The notes beneath the pieces are model-generated. The model saw only the letters and a list, made by a program, of their open reading frames with translations, did not search any database and had not been told where the DNA came from. A DNA stretch of 64,000 nucleotides from a virus: IMG/VR virus record IMGVR_UViG_3300045988_160012. One strand, written 5' to 3'. How positions within the stretch are numbered: the first letter of the stretch is position 1; every line of letters begins with the position of its first letter. Below are positions 53,700-62,215 of this stretch, in pieces. The position numbers and the translations under genes are program-made.

Positions 53700-53755
53700 T
53701 TGCAATATCTCTTTAAATATGCTATTATTATAGCATATTTAAAGAGATATTGCAA
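53700..53755. promoter_or_regulatory. perfect 26-bp-arm palindrome (TTGCAATATCTCTTTAAATATGCTAT tatt ATAGCATATTTAAAGAGATATTGCAA) between divergent tnpB and tnpA
   Basis: Read directly; sits in the divergent promoter/operator position. Confidence 0.7.
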
Positions 53756-53786
53756 GTATCGATTGTAAAATGAACGGAGGTTTCTT

Positions 53787-54236
53787 ATGGACGATTTAAA
53801 CAGAAAACGACATGCCGTTTACAAACTCACTTATCATGCAGTGTTTGTTATTAAATATCGCAGAAGGGTAATGACAGAACCCATCATTACACACATGAGA
53901 CAGTATGCTACTCATCTGATTGAACAGTGTTATCAGGGAAAGCTTCTCGAACTAAATGGAGAACCCGATCACATCCATATCCTGTTTGAACTTCCTGCAA
54001 CAGCAGCTCCATCCGTTGTTGTGTGCAGTCTTAAGACCCAACTTTCAAAAGAAGTTCGAGCAAAATTTTGGGATAAGATCAAAGATAAGCTCTGGAAGGA
54101 TAGCTTCTGGTCAGACAGTTATTTCATTACCACTACCGGAGGCGCAAACATTGAAACACTAGAAAGATATATCCAAGACCAAGGGATTGAAAAACCAAAA
54201 CGAAAATATACCAAAAGACAAGCAAAGAAAATGTGA
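53787..54236 (+). CDS. tnpA: IS200-type HuH Y1 transposase
   Basis: HuH motif DHIHILF; catalytic Tyr region FWSDSYFITTTGG; RBS GGAGG. Confidence 0.85.
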   Translation: MDDLNRKRHAVYKLTYHAVFVIKYRRRVMTEPIITHMRQYATHLIEQCYQGKLLELNGEPDHIHILFELPATAAPSVVVCSLKTQLSKEVRAKFWDKIKDKLWKDSFWSDSYFITTTGGANIETLERYIQDQGIEKPKRKYTKRQAKKM

Positions 54237-54293
54237 AAATACCATTGCACTTGATATTGATTTATTTTTTATGCCGCATTCATCCCCGCCCGA

Positions 54294-55838
54294 CTATGTC
54301 GGACGAGGTTTTCTGCGGAGAACTGGATAAACCAAAATAGGTTTACCATTGATTTCAGCATATGTAGCTTTATAAGCCCAGCCCTGTGTATCTCTTGTGT
54401 TATACTGGAAACTGTAAGAACCAGCACCAAATACTACATTTTCAACTGCATAGCCAAGGTTAGTCATATGATTACAAATGCTTTCACATCTTTCAAGTGT
54501 AATAGCATCTCCGTACACCATTCCAATATGAGAGTCTAATACTTTATACCCCTTAGAGTTTATAGTTCCACCGAAAATCTCCCAAAGAATATCCAGTGTT
54601 CCTCTCTCTTCAATAGTGGCATCACGATATGTGAATGTGTCGTTCTCACCATCATTAGACCATGTAGCAATATATTTCTTATTTCCAATCTCAAGGTAAA
54701 TTGGAACAAGCTGTCCAGACGTATCTGTTTCATTGCAATAAAGTGACTGCATCATCGGACTTCTGGTATAGTAAGATTCAAATGCTTCTTTACTTTCATG
54801 GGCTTTCCACATTGGGGCAATACCACAAATAATCTCTTCTGGGTCACCGCTGTCAGGTCTAATATTGATTCTGCCTGTATGATTAAGAATTACATCCTTA
54901 TTTTTTCTAACAATATTGTCAACAAAATTCCAGTAATCATAACTGTCTGCCACAAAGCTGAAAGGTTTATTTGGATAAAGCTCTTTACACATTCTTACAA
55001 AAAATGTTTCTTCATCTCCATCTACTGCATAATTGCTTGTAGTACAAGAATGTTCAACAGATGCAGACCAGCTTCCAACATCCTCATTTTCAACATCAGC
55101 TCCATAGTAATCACAAAGATACTGAATTGAAGGGATTGTAGATGTTTTATCGAAGCTTGTTAAAAATGCAGCTCCGCTTGTAATAGCAGCATCAAGACTA
55201 GCCATACCTCTAAAAGAAAAATCGCCACAACCAACTCTCTTCCAATTCGGATTGTCAGATGTTAAAACAATATATTTTTCAATAATCTTTCTGTAAATAT
55301 AAGCTCTTGTTGCTGTTGTTGTAGGTAACCATAAATTACAAGAAAATAATGTCTCAAGATAATTTGTTACCCATGCAAAATCAGGATGTGTATTTTCGAC
55401 TGTACAACAAGGTACTCTATATGGTACTTTTGTACCTTCTGGCAAAGCCTTAATCTCAATCGGGAGATAGCCAAGTTTATGAAGTGCTTCAATATGTTCT
55501 GTATGAGCATTTTCATCAAATGTATTATGGATATACAACTTATACTCATTAAGCACTTCGTCTAACGGTCTATCAAAGAAATATTCATTAAACTGTTTTA
55601 CCAAATATTCCTTAATAAATCCCTGTAATCCAAACCAGATTACAAATTTGCTCTGAGGAAAGAATTTGTTACTACGTGGTGTCCAAGTGGAATACATCAT
55701 TGTCATTCCATCTGGATACATAGCCCGATGTGCAATTTTATAAAAATCGCATAATAACATCATATTCTTCATTTTACTTATCCTCCTTACAATGGCATCC
55801 ACAACCGCAATCACATACGTTCTCAGCATAATCAACAT
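54294..55838 (-). CDS. nadV: nicotinamide phosphoribosyltransferase-like (NAMPT/NadV or Namat) body; C-terminus truncated by IS (last ~7 codons read into IS hairpin)
   Basis: NAMPT-like length and architecture. The C-terminus ...GKPILVYPVLRRKPRPT* ends inside the IS end. Its native continuation is found at 51638-51388. Confidence 0.7.
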   Translation of the reverse strand: MLIMLRTYVIAVVDAIVRRISKMKNMMLLCDFYKIAHRAMYPDGMTMMYSTWTPRSNKFFPQSKFVIWFGLQGFIKEYLVKQFNEYFFDRPLDEVLNEYKLYIHNTFDENAHTEHIEALHKLGYLPIEIKALPEGTKVPYRVPCCTVENTHPDFAWVTNYLETLFSCNLWLPTTTATRAYIYRKIIEKYIVLTSDNPNWKRVGCGDFSFRGMASLDAAITSGAAFLTSFDKTSTIPSIQYLCDYYGADVENEDVGSWSASVEHSCTTSNYAVDGDEETFFVRMCKELYPNKPFSFVADSYDYWNFVDNIVRKNKDVILNHTGRINIRPDSGDPEEIICGIAPMWKAHESKEAFESYYTRSPMMQSLYCNETDTSGQLVPIYLEIGNKKYIATWSNDGENDTFTYRDATIEERGTLDILWEIFGGTINSKGYKVLDSHIGMVYGDAITLERCESICNHMTNLGYAVENVVFGAGSYSFQYNTRDTQGWAYKATYAEINGKPILVYPVLRRKPRPT

Positions 55839-56709
55839 TCATAGCAAACACAGTTACATTTTCATCACTTTTAAAAGGATAAATGCTATCTGTTGTGAAT
55901 ACATGGTCAATCAGCTTTCTGTGCTGAGTTGTTCCGAAAATACTTTTCTTTTCATAGTCCACTGTAAGAAGATTCATTTTATCGTCACCAAACTGACCAT
56001 CATAAATACTCTTTTCACAATGAGAAACAAACAGATAAATGTTTCTTGCCCCCATCTCTTTCAATTTCTTTGCTGCATAATAGAAAGTTCCACCCTTACT
56101 ACAAATATCATCACGAATAAGAATATCTTTTCCTTTAATATCTTCAGGTTTAATTCCCATGACATCTAATCCAAGAATCCGACCTGTTCCCCATTCTCTT
56201 TTCTTAACACCAAATGCATACGGAATCTTAATCCCTTTAGAATATCTCTTCATAGCCCCCTCATCAGGGAAAAACATAATCGGTGCAATACCATCGTGAA
56301 TCAACATATCAAGCACGTTGCTCACAAAAATATTAGTATTGATTACATTGCAATTCTTGATAGTTGCTGCTACAACACTTGAATGTGGGTCAACTACAAA
56401 TACTCTGTCAAAATTCAGAGAATTAATCATTTCTGCAAAATACTTCATAGCAAAAATATCATTTGGCTCTTCGATTCTGTCCATTCTTGCGTTAGGTACA
56501 TATGGAAGGAAAAGAGATACATTCATTCCATGTGCCTGATAGAATTTTGTTAAGAATGAAACTGCTACAAACTCAGCATCATCCTCATAATTCCAAGTAA
56601 TAACAACTGTTTCTCCCTGTAAGCTAACATCACCTTTTACATTTGCTGTTCCATCAGGAAATCTCTTTACTTCAACTTCTTTTCCATTTACTCTAATCAT
56701 AATCTTCAC
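55774..56709 (-). CDS. prs: ribose-phosphate pyrophosphokinase-like (Prs; or ADPR-PP synthetase Adps of NARP1-type pathways)
   Basis: VKRFPDGTANV...; LPYVPNARMDR; PRPP-binding loop LIRDDICSKGGT. Confidence 0.7.
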   Translation of the reverse strand: MKIMIRVNGKEVEVKRFPDGTANVKGDVSLQGETVVITWNYEDDAEFVAVSFLTKFYQAHGMNVSLFLPYVPNARMDRIEEPNDIFAMKYFAEMINSLNFDRVFVVDPHSSVVAATIKNCNVINTNIFVSNVLDMLIHDGIAPIMFFPDEGAMKRYSKGIKIPYAFGVKKREWGTGRILGLDVMGIKPEDIKGKDILIRDDICSKGGTFYYAAKKLKEMGARNIYLFVSHCEKSIYDGQFGDDKMNLLTVDYEKKSIFGTTQHRKLIDHVFTTDSIYPFKSDENVTVFAMNVDYAENVCDCGCGCHCKEDK

Positions 56710-56751
56710 CTTTCTTTTTAGATGTATAACCTTAATAATTATAACCGTTAT

Positions 56752-57387
56752 TTAGTTTTCATTTGCCTGTGTGGATTCATCTGTATCTGCCTTTGCTTCC
56801 GTTGTTTCTGTAGATTCTGAATTTTCTCCATAATGTCTACCAATTACATCAACCTGACAACTTGCCATTGTTCTGAGAGCTGCATTATGAGCTTTAATAC
56901 TTGTACCAGCACAACAATGACTATCAACCTTAATTACCGTATTTGGCATAGCAGTTCTTAAACCAATGGCATTTGCTACAACACAAATATCTGTGCATAC
57001 TCCGCAAAGTTCGATTTCATCACTACTACTACACACCTGAGAAAGAATTGCAATCAAATCCTTGCTTGCAAATGTATTTTTATCAACTACACCTACATAC
57101 TTTTTCTGTTTGCGAAGCATCTGAACAGCTTCCCAAACATCCTTGTTGATACTTTCTCCACCAGATTTTTTAATACAATGCGGTACAGGAAGTTTCTTGC
57201 CTTCAAGAGTATCCAGATAATTGTCATAATGAATATCTCTTGTCAGATAAATAGAATCATAATCCTTTCCGTATTTCTTCAGCTTTTTTACAAGCTTTGG
57301 CACAATGGCTTTTGTCTCGTCATTTCCTAACGCACCATCAATAAAGTCATTCTGCACATCCACTACAACCAAAATCTTTTTGTTCAT
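56752..57387 (-). CDS. pncA: isochorismatase-family hydrolase, nicotinamidase (PncA)-like
   Basis: VVDVQNDF N-terminal motif; catalytic Cys region ELCGVCTDICVVANAIG. Confidence 0.6.
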   Translation of the reverse strand: MNKKILVVVDVQNDFIDGALGNDETKAIVPKLVKKLKKYGKDYDSIYLTRDIHYDNYLDTLEGKKLPVPHCIKKSGGESINKDVWEAVQMLRKQKKYVGVVDKNTFASKDLIAILSQVCSSSDEIELCGVCTDICVVANAIGLRTAMPNTVIKVDSHCCAGTSIKAHNAALRTMASCQVDVIGRHYGENSESTETTEAKADTDESTQANEN

Positions 57388-57438
57388 AGTTTTAACTCCT
57401 TTACATTCATATTATCGTTGATTATGATTAACCAACAG

Positions 57439-57522
57439 TGCTGGTGATGGGATTCGAACCCACACGTTGTTTCCAACAATAGATTTTGAGTCTACCTTGT
57501 CTGCCAGTTCCAACACACCAGC
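57439..57522 (-). tRNA. tRNA-Leu (anticodon CAA), type II with long variable arm; no encoded CCA
   Basis: Manual cloverleaf with acceptor GCTGGTG/CACCAGC+A, anticodon loop CTCAAAA and T-loop GGTTCGAATCC. Confidence 0.8.
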
Positions 57523-57526
57523 TTAG

Positions 57527-57599
57527 TGTGCCATATGGGATTCGAACCCATGACCCTTTGATTAAAAGTCAAATGCTCTACCAACTGAGCTAATGGCAC
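57527..57599 (-). tRNA. tRNA-Lys (anticodon UUU); no encoded CCA
   Basis: Acceptor GTGCCAT/ATGGCAC+A; anticodon loop CTTTTAA; T-arm GGGTTCGAATCCC. Confidence 0.8.
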
Positions 57600-57889
57600 A
57601 TATCCATAATGACCTTTCATAACATTATGGCGATTTGAGCGATTTCCATTTCTGTTTCATAAGAATTTTCAGATATTCTCTTATCTTACTTTTTTACTTG
57701 AATTATATATCATTTCAAATTCTAAGCTATCTTATAACGGTACTGTGTCTGGGGCTACTCCAGAGCTGCTAATTTAATAGCTGTCTAATTATCAGTGACA
57801 CTCCTTTGGTTTTACGTTTCGTTCGGGCTTTTGCTCCAATTCTTAATAATGCACACCATATAGGCGAAACGACAGGTTTTGATATTTAA

Positions 57890-57961
57890 CTGGGGTAATC
57901 GGATTCGAACCGATGTATGCAGCAGTCAAAGTGCTGTGCCTTACCGCTTGGCGATACCCCA
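57890..57961 (-). tRNA. tRNA-Gln (anticodon UUG), U1:A72; no encoded CCA
   Basis: Acceptor TGGGGTA/TACCCCA+G; anticodon loop CTTTGAC; T-arm ATCGGTTCGAATCCGAT. Confidence 0.7.
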
Positions 57962-58299
57962 ATGGGTAGATGCGGTTTTACCTATAATTAGTAGCTAATC
58001 TAATTATGTTCTCCTACCGCCTAAAGGATGCACATTTTCATTTCAACCCACGCATTGTCTGCATTTACAACACTTGAACACTGACGCAGTTCCCTACGCT
58101 ATCTTCAATATAGCTGTTTATGTTTCTCCAGTGGCGAACTGGCAATGGTTAGCCAACCCATATATAATGAAAATAGTCTAAGCGTTAGATAGATTGCTCT
58201 ATCCGCTGGAATCGTACCAGCCCATCAACTATTGTTGAATCGAACCTCGCTTTTATTTTGCTACTTATTAGCCTTGTGTAAAATCTTCAGTCAGGAACA

Positions 58300-58420
58300 A
58301 TCATACTTTAAACAATATCCAAGGATTTTATAAAACCTTATTGTTTATTATTTACTCATTGACCTTTGATTCGTTTTAACCTTTGAACTTTTACCTTTGC
58401 TCTGTGAACTTTAAGAATTA
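58300..58420. repeat. clustered ACCTTTG direct repeats (gACCTTTGattcgttttaACCTTTGaacttttACCTTTGctc) in 1.2-kb non-coding region
   Basis: Read directly; iteron-like spacing. Confidence 0.5.
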
Positions 58421-58601
58421 AGCTTTACAGCATATTCTTCAAATATCTGTACTCTCTATGCGAGAATCATTTTTTATATTTTTATTCATAAGCATTGAAT
58501 AATTGTTAAGGTGTTATTTCTTATTTATTTTTATATGAATCGAAACAACAAAAGTATTCATAGATTGTCGTTTAAGATTTTCAATAAGCAGCAAATATAT
58601 C

Positions 58602-59243
58602 TTAATACTCTACAGTAATCTCTGTAAGAGCATTGGAAACAGAAAGTGCGGAATCGACTTCCGTTGTGAAATCAGCAATTTCAACTTCAAGAGCTTCAAT
58701 CTTCTCCAGAATATTAACTGGGTCAATCAATTCCATTGTATTTGCTTCAATGTAGCTCTTTCTTGCTTTTTCATACTCTTCATTCGCTGTTTTGCTTTCC
58801 TTCTGTCCAAACAATCCAACGACATATTCTGTAGCTTTATCATCAACTACACTATTTTTTGAAATGATTGCAGTCATAGCTGAATCATACTGCTTTTTCA
58901 TTGCATTTTTTAACTGAAGCTTCAAATCAATTCCATGATTATTCATCTCTATTGCTTCTGCAACTGTATATTCCTTTCCACCAATTTTAACAATCGTTTT
59001 TGCGTTTGAAAGGACAACTGCTCTTTTGATTGCTTCTCTTCGTCTGATAAGGTCAGATGCTTTATTGTAAGAAGCTTTCATTGTTTCCTGATACTCCTCT
59101 ACAGTAACCCCATTGACCTTTTCATTTGAATGTTTGTTTGCCAAACAAAATCTTGCTGAAGAAATTGCATTATTAATTCTGCTGTCAAGAATCTTCAGCT
59201 CGCATAATGCTTTATGAATTGTCATTTTTTCTACTGTTGCCAT
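58602..59243 (-). CDS. hypothetical protein
   Basis: ORF. Confidence 0.3.
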   Translation of the reverse strand: MATVEKMTIHKALCELKILDSRINNAISSARFCLANKHSNEKVNGVTVEEYQETMKASYNKASDLIRRREAIKRAVVLSNAKTIVKIGGKEYTVAEAIEMNNHGIDLKLQLKNAMKKQYDSAMTAIISKNSVVDDKATEYVVGLFGQKESKTANEEYEKARKSYIEANTMELIDPVNILEKIEALEVEIADFTTEVDSALSVSNALTEITVEY

Positions 59244-59612
59244 TTTGATTCCTCCTTATTATTTAACCTTTAATATAATGTATAACCTTAACAGTTATAT
59301 CTTTAAAAGAAAGCTTTTTGAATCTCTCTTAACTTGTATTCAGTATAGCACATTGCTTACTACTTGTCAACAACTATTTTAAAGTTTTTATCACTTATTT
59401 ATGTTGTTGTTACCGTCTTTCAATACATCATAGCACACAGAAATACGGAATTTTTACACATAAAACTAATATTTTATGTGTTAGTGAATATGAAATGCCA
59501 CCTGATTTTAAGTGTGTTTGGGAAAAGCAAGTAACATCCAGCTTAAAAGTTCATGAGCATATAGCCCGAACAGAAAAGCTTTTTATGTTGCATCCAGATA
59601 AATTACATACAT

Positions 59613-60248
59613 TTAAAGGGTGTTAATAGATACGTTGAAGCATAAAATATTAGTTTCTGCCACTTTTCTACACCAATCATAGAACTGTTCATAGTCAAAT
59701 TCACCTGTAGAATACTTTGTAACCCCTTTATATGGTGGGTCACAATAGATTAAAGTACCAGATAATGTATTCATATCAATATCCAGATAATTTTTACTGG
59801 TCAATTTAACATCTTGAATAAGCGGAACTTGTCTCATAATATTCCTTATTGCTTCATTTGGAATATCTCTAGGGGTTACACCATCTGCTTTAAATCCTCT
59901 GGCATAACCACCAAAGTATTTTGAACCAAATGTACTACAGAATCCAACCAATCCAACATAATAATCAGGATAATTCTCTTTGTTTAATCTGACAGAATTA
60001 TATTCATCTTCTGATATTGTTGATGGTGGTATCCAGCCTTCCTGAAGTTTTTTCAATAAAGCAATCAGTTCTTTATGAATGTCATTACCCACACGAACCT
60101 TACAATGAATTTTATCCATCATGTTCAATCCACCGCAGAATGGTTCGTAGTAGATACTGACATTATTATCATCAATTAGTGATTGTAATATTGGTGCAAT
60201 TTGTTTTGATACCTTATTTTTGCTTCCAACGTACTTAATAACAATCAC
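59613..60248 (-). CDS. dam: DNA N6-adenine methyltransferase (Dam family)
   Basis: KYVGSKNK (cf. KWAGGK), motif I YYEPFCGGLNMM and motif IV CDPPY. Start codon uncertain (GTG/ATT adjacent to AAGGAG). Confidence 0.7.
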   Translation of the reverse strand: MIVIKYVGSKNKVSKQIAPILQSLIDDNNVSIYYEPFCGGLNMMDKIHCKVRVGNDIHKELIALLKKLQEGWIPPSTISEDEYNSVRLNKENYPDYYVGLVGFCSTFGSKYFGGYARGFKADGVTPRDIPNEAIRNIMRQVPLIQDVKLTSKNYLDIDMNTLSGTLIYCDPPYKGVTKYSTGEFDYEQFYDWCRKVAETNILCFNVSINTL

Positions 60249-60251
60249 TCC

Positions 60252-60551
60252 TTATGCTGCTTTTACCTTCTTTTTCTTGTTCTTCACAACTACCTTACCA
60301 TCATCTTTATCCTTACCCCAGAATACATTGCCACTTACAGGGTCAACATAAGGCTTAGTCTGTACAGTATTACGAATAAGTGTATCCCACTTCATATCAG
60401 ATGTCTTAGGTGTCTTACGAGACTTAATCTTCTTACCAGCAACAATTTTCTTTGCCTTTTCCTGTTTGTTGATGATATGTCTACCTTCTGCCTTATATTT
60501 TGCACAAGCCTTTGCTCTTGCAGAATCCTTACCATGTTTAGTTCTTCCCAT
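60252..60551 (-). CDS. small highly basic protein (possible DNA-binding)
   Basis: K/R-rich 99 aa. Confidence 0.3.
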   Translation of the reverse strand: MGRTKHGKDSARAKACAKYKAEGRHIINKQEKAKKIVAGKKIKSRKTPKTSDMKWDTLIRNTVQTKPYVDPVSGNVFWGKDKDDGKVVVKNKKKKVKAA

Positions 60552-60570
60552 TATTGTGTCCTCCTTTTAA

Positions 60571-62178
60571 TTAAAACATTTTATCTTCATCAATGTCTGT
60601 ATCAACATTGGTGTCGGTGCTTTTATCTGTAGAGATACCTACATTCACACTTGGTACAGATGGTGTACTTAATTTTCCACCAAGAAAACCACCCAGTAAT
60701 GCAGTAATATCAATACCTGTAGACTCTTTGATTCCATCTGTAACCTGACTCATAGTTGTCATGATGTTACCAGCTAACTGTGAAGAATCTCCACCGAACA
60801 TTTTAATAGAATCAACATTTGTATAACCCTTACCAACAGCTTCGGCAATCTTCGGTAACTGTTCAAAGTAAACCTTGATAGTATCAAGTTCCATCTGCTG
60901 TCTAGCTGCTTCACCATATTCTTTCATGGCTTCTGCCTTTTTCTGAATACCAGCAGCTTCCGCTTCTGCTTTAGCTCTTGTGGCTTCCGCTTCTGCCTGT
61001 CCTTTTGCTGCAATAGCTTCTGCTTCTGCTTTACCAGCAGCTTTTACTGCTTCTGCTTCCTGTTCCTTAGAGAATCTTTCTGCTTCTGCCTTTGCTTTAC
61101 GTGACTCGGCTTCTTTCTCTGCTTCAAACTTGTCTGCTTCTGCTCTTTTCTGTCTTTCGAAAAGCTCTGCTTCTGCTTCTTTCTGTCTCTCATACTGTTC
61201 TGCATCGGCTTTCTGTTGTGCTGCATATTTATCTGCTTCTGCTTTCTTTTTAATAGATGCTTCCAGAGTCTTTTCCTGAATAGCAACCTCACGTTCTTTC
61301 AACTCAAGTTCTTTTTCCTGTTTTGCAAGATTGGCATTAGCAGTTGTAATTTCTACAGTCTTTCTCTGTTCCTCTTCCTGAATAGTGTAAGCTGCATCCG
61401 CTTCTGCCTTTTTAATATCAGACTCTTTCTTTAATTCAGCTTTCTTAATATCCAGTTCATTCTGTTTAATAGCAATTTCCGCTTCAGACTGTACTCTTGC
61501 ATCATTCGCTTCCTTAGAAGCTTTTGCCTTTGCGATTTCTACCTCTTTATCAGCATTTGCTTTGGCAATAGCAGCATCCTTTTTAATCTGTGAAATGTTA
61601 TCAATTCCCAAATCGTTAATAACATGATTTTCGTCAGAGAAACGCTGTACATTAAATGACACTAATTCCAATCCCATTTTTTTAAGGTCTGGAATTACAT
61701 TTTCAGAAACCTTTTCAACAAATGTTTTTCTATCTCCAATTAGTTCACGAAGTTTCATTGTACAAATAATTTCACGAATATTACCCTCAAGAACCTCTGT
61801 AACAATATCTCCAATTTCCTGAGTAGACTTATTCAAAAAGTTCTGAGCTGCAATTTCTACCATTTCCGATGTAGAACCAACTTTAACATTTACTGCTGAA
61901 TCAACATAAATATTAATGCAATCAGCAGTAGGTACTGCATCTCCTGTCTTAATATCAAGCGGAATAAGTTTTAAAGAAAGTTTATCCATTCTCTCAAAGA
62001 AAGGAACTTTAATACCAGCTTTTCCAATAAGAACCTTTGGTTTCTTTCTCAATCCTGAAATAATCAAAGCTGTATCTGGAGATGCTTTAACATATCCAGA
62101 TGCAAGAACACCAACTCCACCAACACCTACAACAAAAGGTAACGCAACTGTGATTCCATTCATAACTTCATTTAACAT
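60571..62178 (-). CDS. SPFH/band-7 (flotillin-like) membrane protein with long EA/K-rich coiled coil
   Basis: N-terminal TM plus an SPFH-like domain; Ala/Glu/Lys repeat region (KAEAEA...). Confidence 0.7.
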   Translation of the reverse strand: MLNEVMNGITVALPFVVGVGGVGVLASGYVKASPDTALIISGLRKKPKVLIGKAGIKVPFFERMDKLSLKLIPLDIKTGDAVPTADCINIYVDSAVNVKVGSTSEMVEIAAQNFLNKSTQEIGDIVTEVLEGNIREIICTMKLRELIGDRKTFVEKVSENVIPDLKKMGLELVSFNVQRFSDENHVINDLGIDNISQIKKDAAIAKANADKEVEIAKAKASKEANDARVQSEAEIAIKQNELDIKKAELKKESDIKKAEADAAYTIQEEEQRKTVEITTANANLAKQEKELELKEREVAIQEKTLEASIKKKAEADKYAAQQKADAEQYERQKEAEAELFERQKRAEADKFEAEKEAESRKAKAEAERFSKEQEAEAVKAAGKAEAEAIAAKGQAEAEATRAKAEAEAAGIQKKAEAMKEYGEAARQQMELDTIKVYFEQLPKIAEAVGKGYTNVDSIKMFGGDSSQLAGNIMTTMSQVTDGIKESTGIDITALLGGFLGGKLSTPSVPSVNVGISTDKSTDTNVDTDIDEDKMF

Positions 62179-62215
62179 TTATTTTTCCTCCTAAATTAAA
62201 TTCATACTAAGATTG

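Larger units (their letters stand above)
51639..54320 (-). mobile_element. IS200/IS605-family insertion sequence (IS605-type, divergent tnpA/tnpB) inserted in nadV
   Basis: Same-orientation imperfect hairpins at both ends (ccccgcccgacGGGtcggacgagg at 51639-51662; ccccgcccgacTATgtcggacgagg at 54284-54308). HuH-Y1 TnpA plus RuvC-like TnpB. Higher GC than the flanks, and the flanking reading frame of nadV resumes across the element. Confidence 0.8.

Noticed and set aside
51921-53705. TnpB-like RuvC protein as a possible Cas12 effector of a CRISPR system
   Set aside because: There is no repeat-spacer array or cas1/cas2 nearby. The flanking HuH TnpA and subterminal hairpins identify it as an IS200/IS605 TnpB.
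58140-58260. Possible fourth tRNA (gttgaatcgaacc T-arm-like string) in the non-coding region next to the three tRNAs
   Set aside because: No acceptor or anticodon stems can be paired around the T-loop-like sequence, so no cloverleaf can be drawn.
60980-61434. ORFs 60980..61279 (+), 61044..61292 (-), 61216..61434 (+) overlapping the flotillin gene
   Set aside because: These are low-complexity frame-shadow ORFs (runs of SASA.. / KQKQ..) generated by the GCT/GAA-rich coiled-coil coding repeats. They have no RBS and no independent support.
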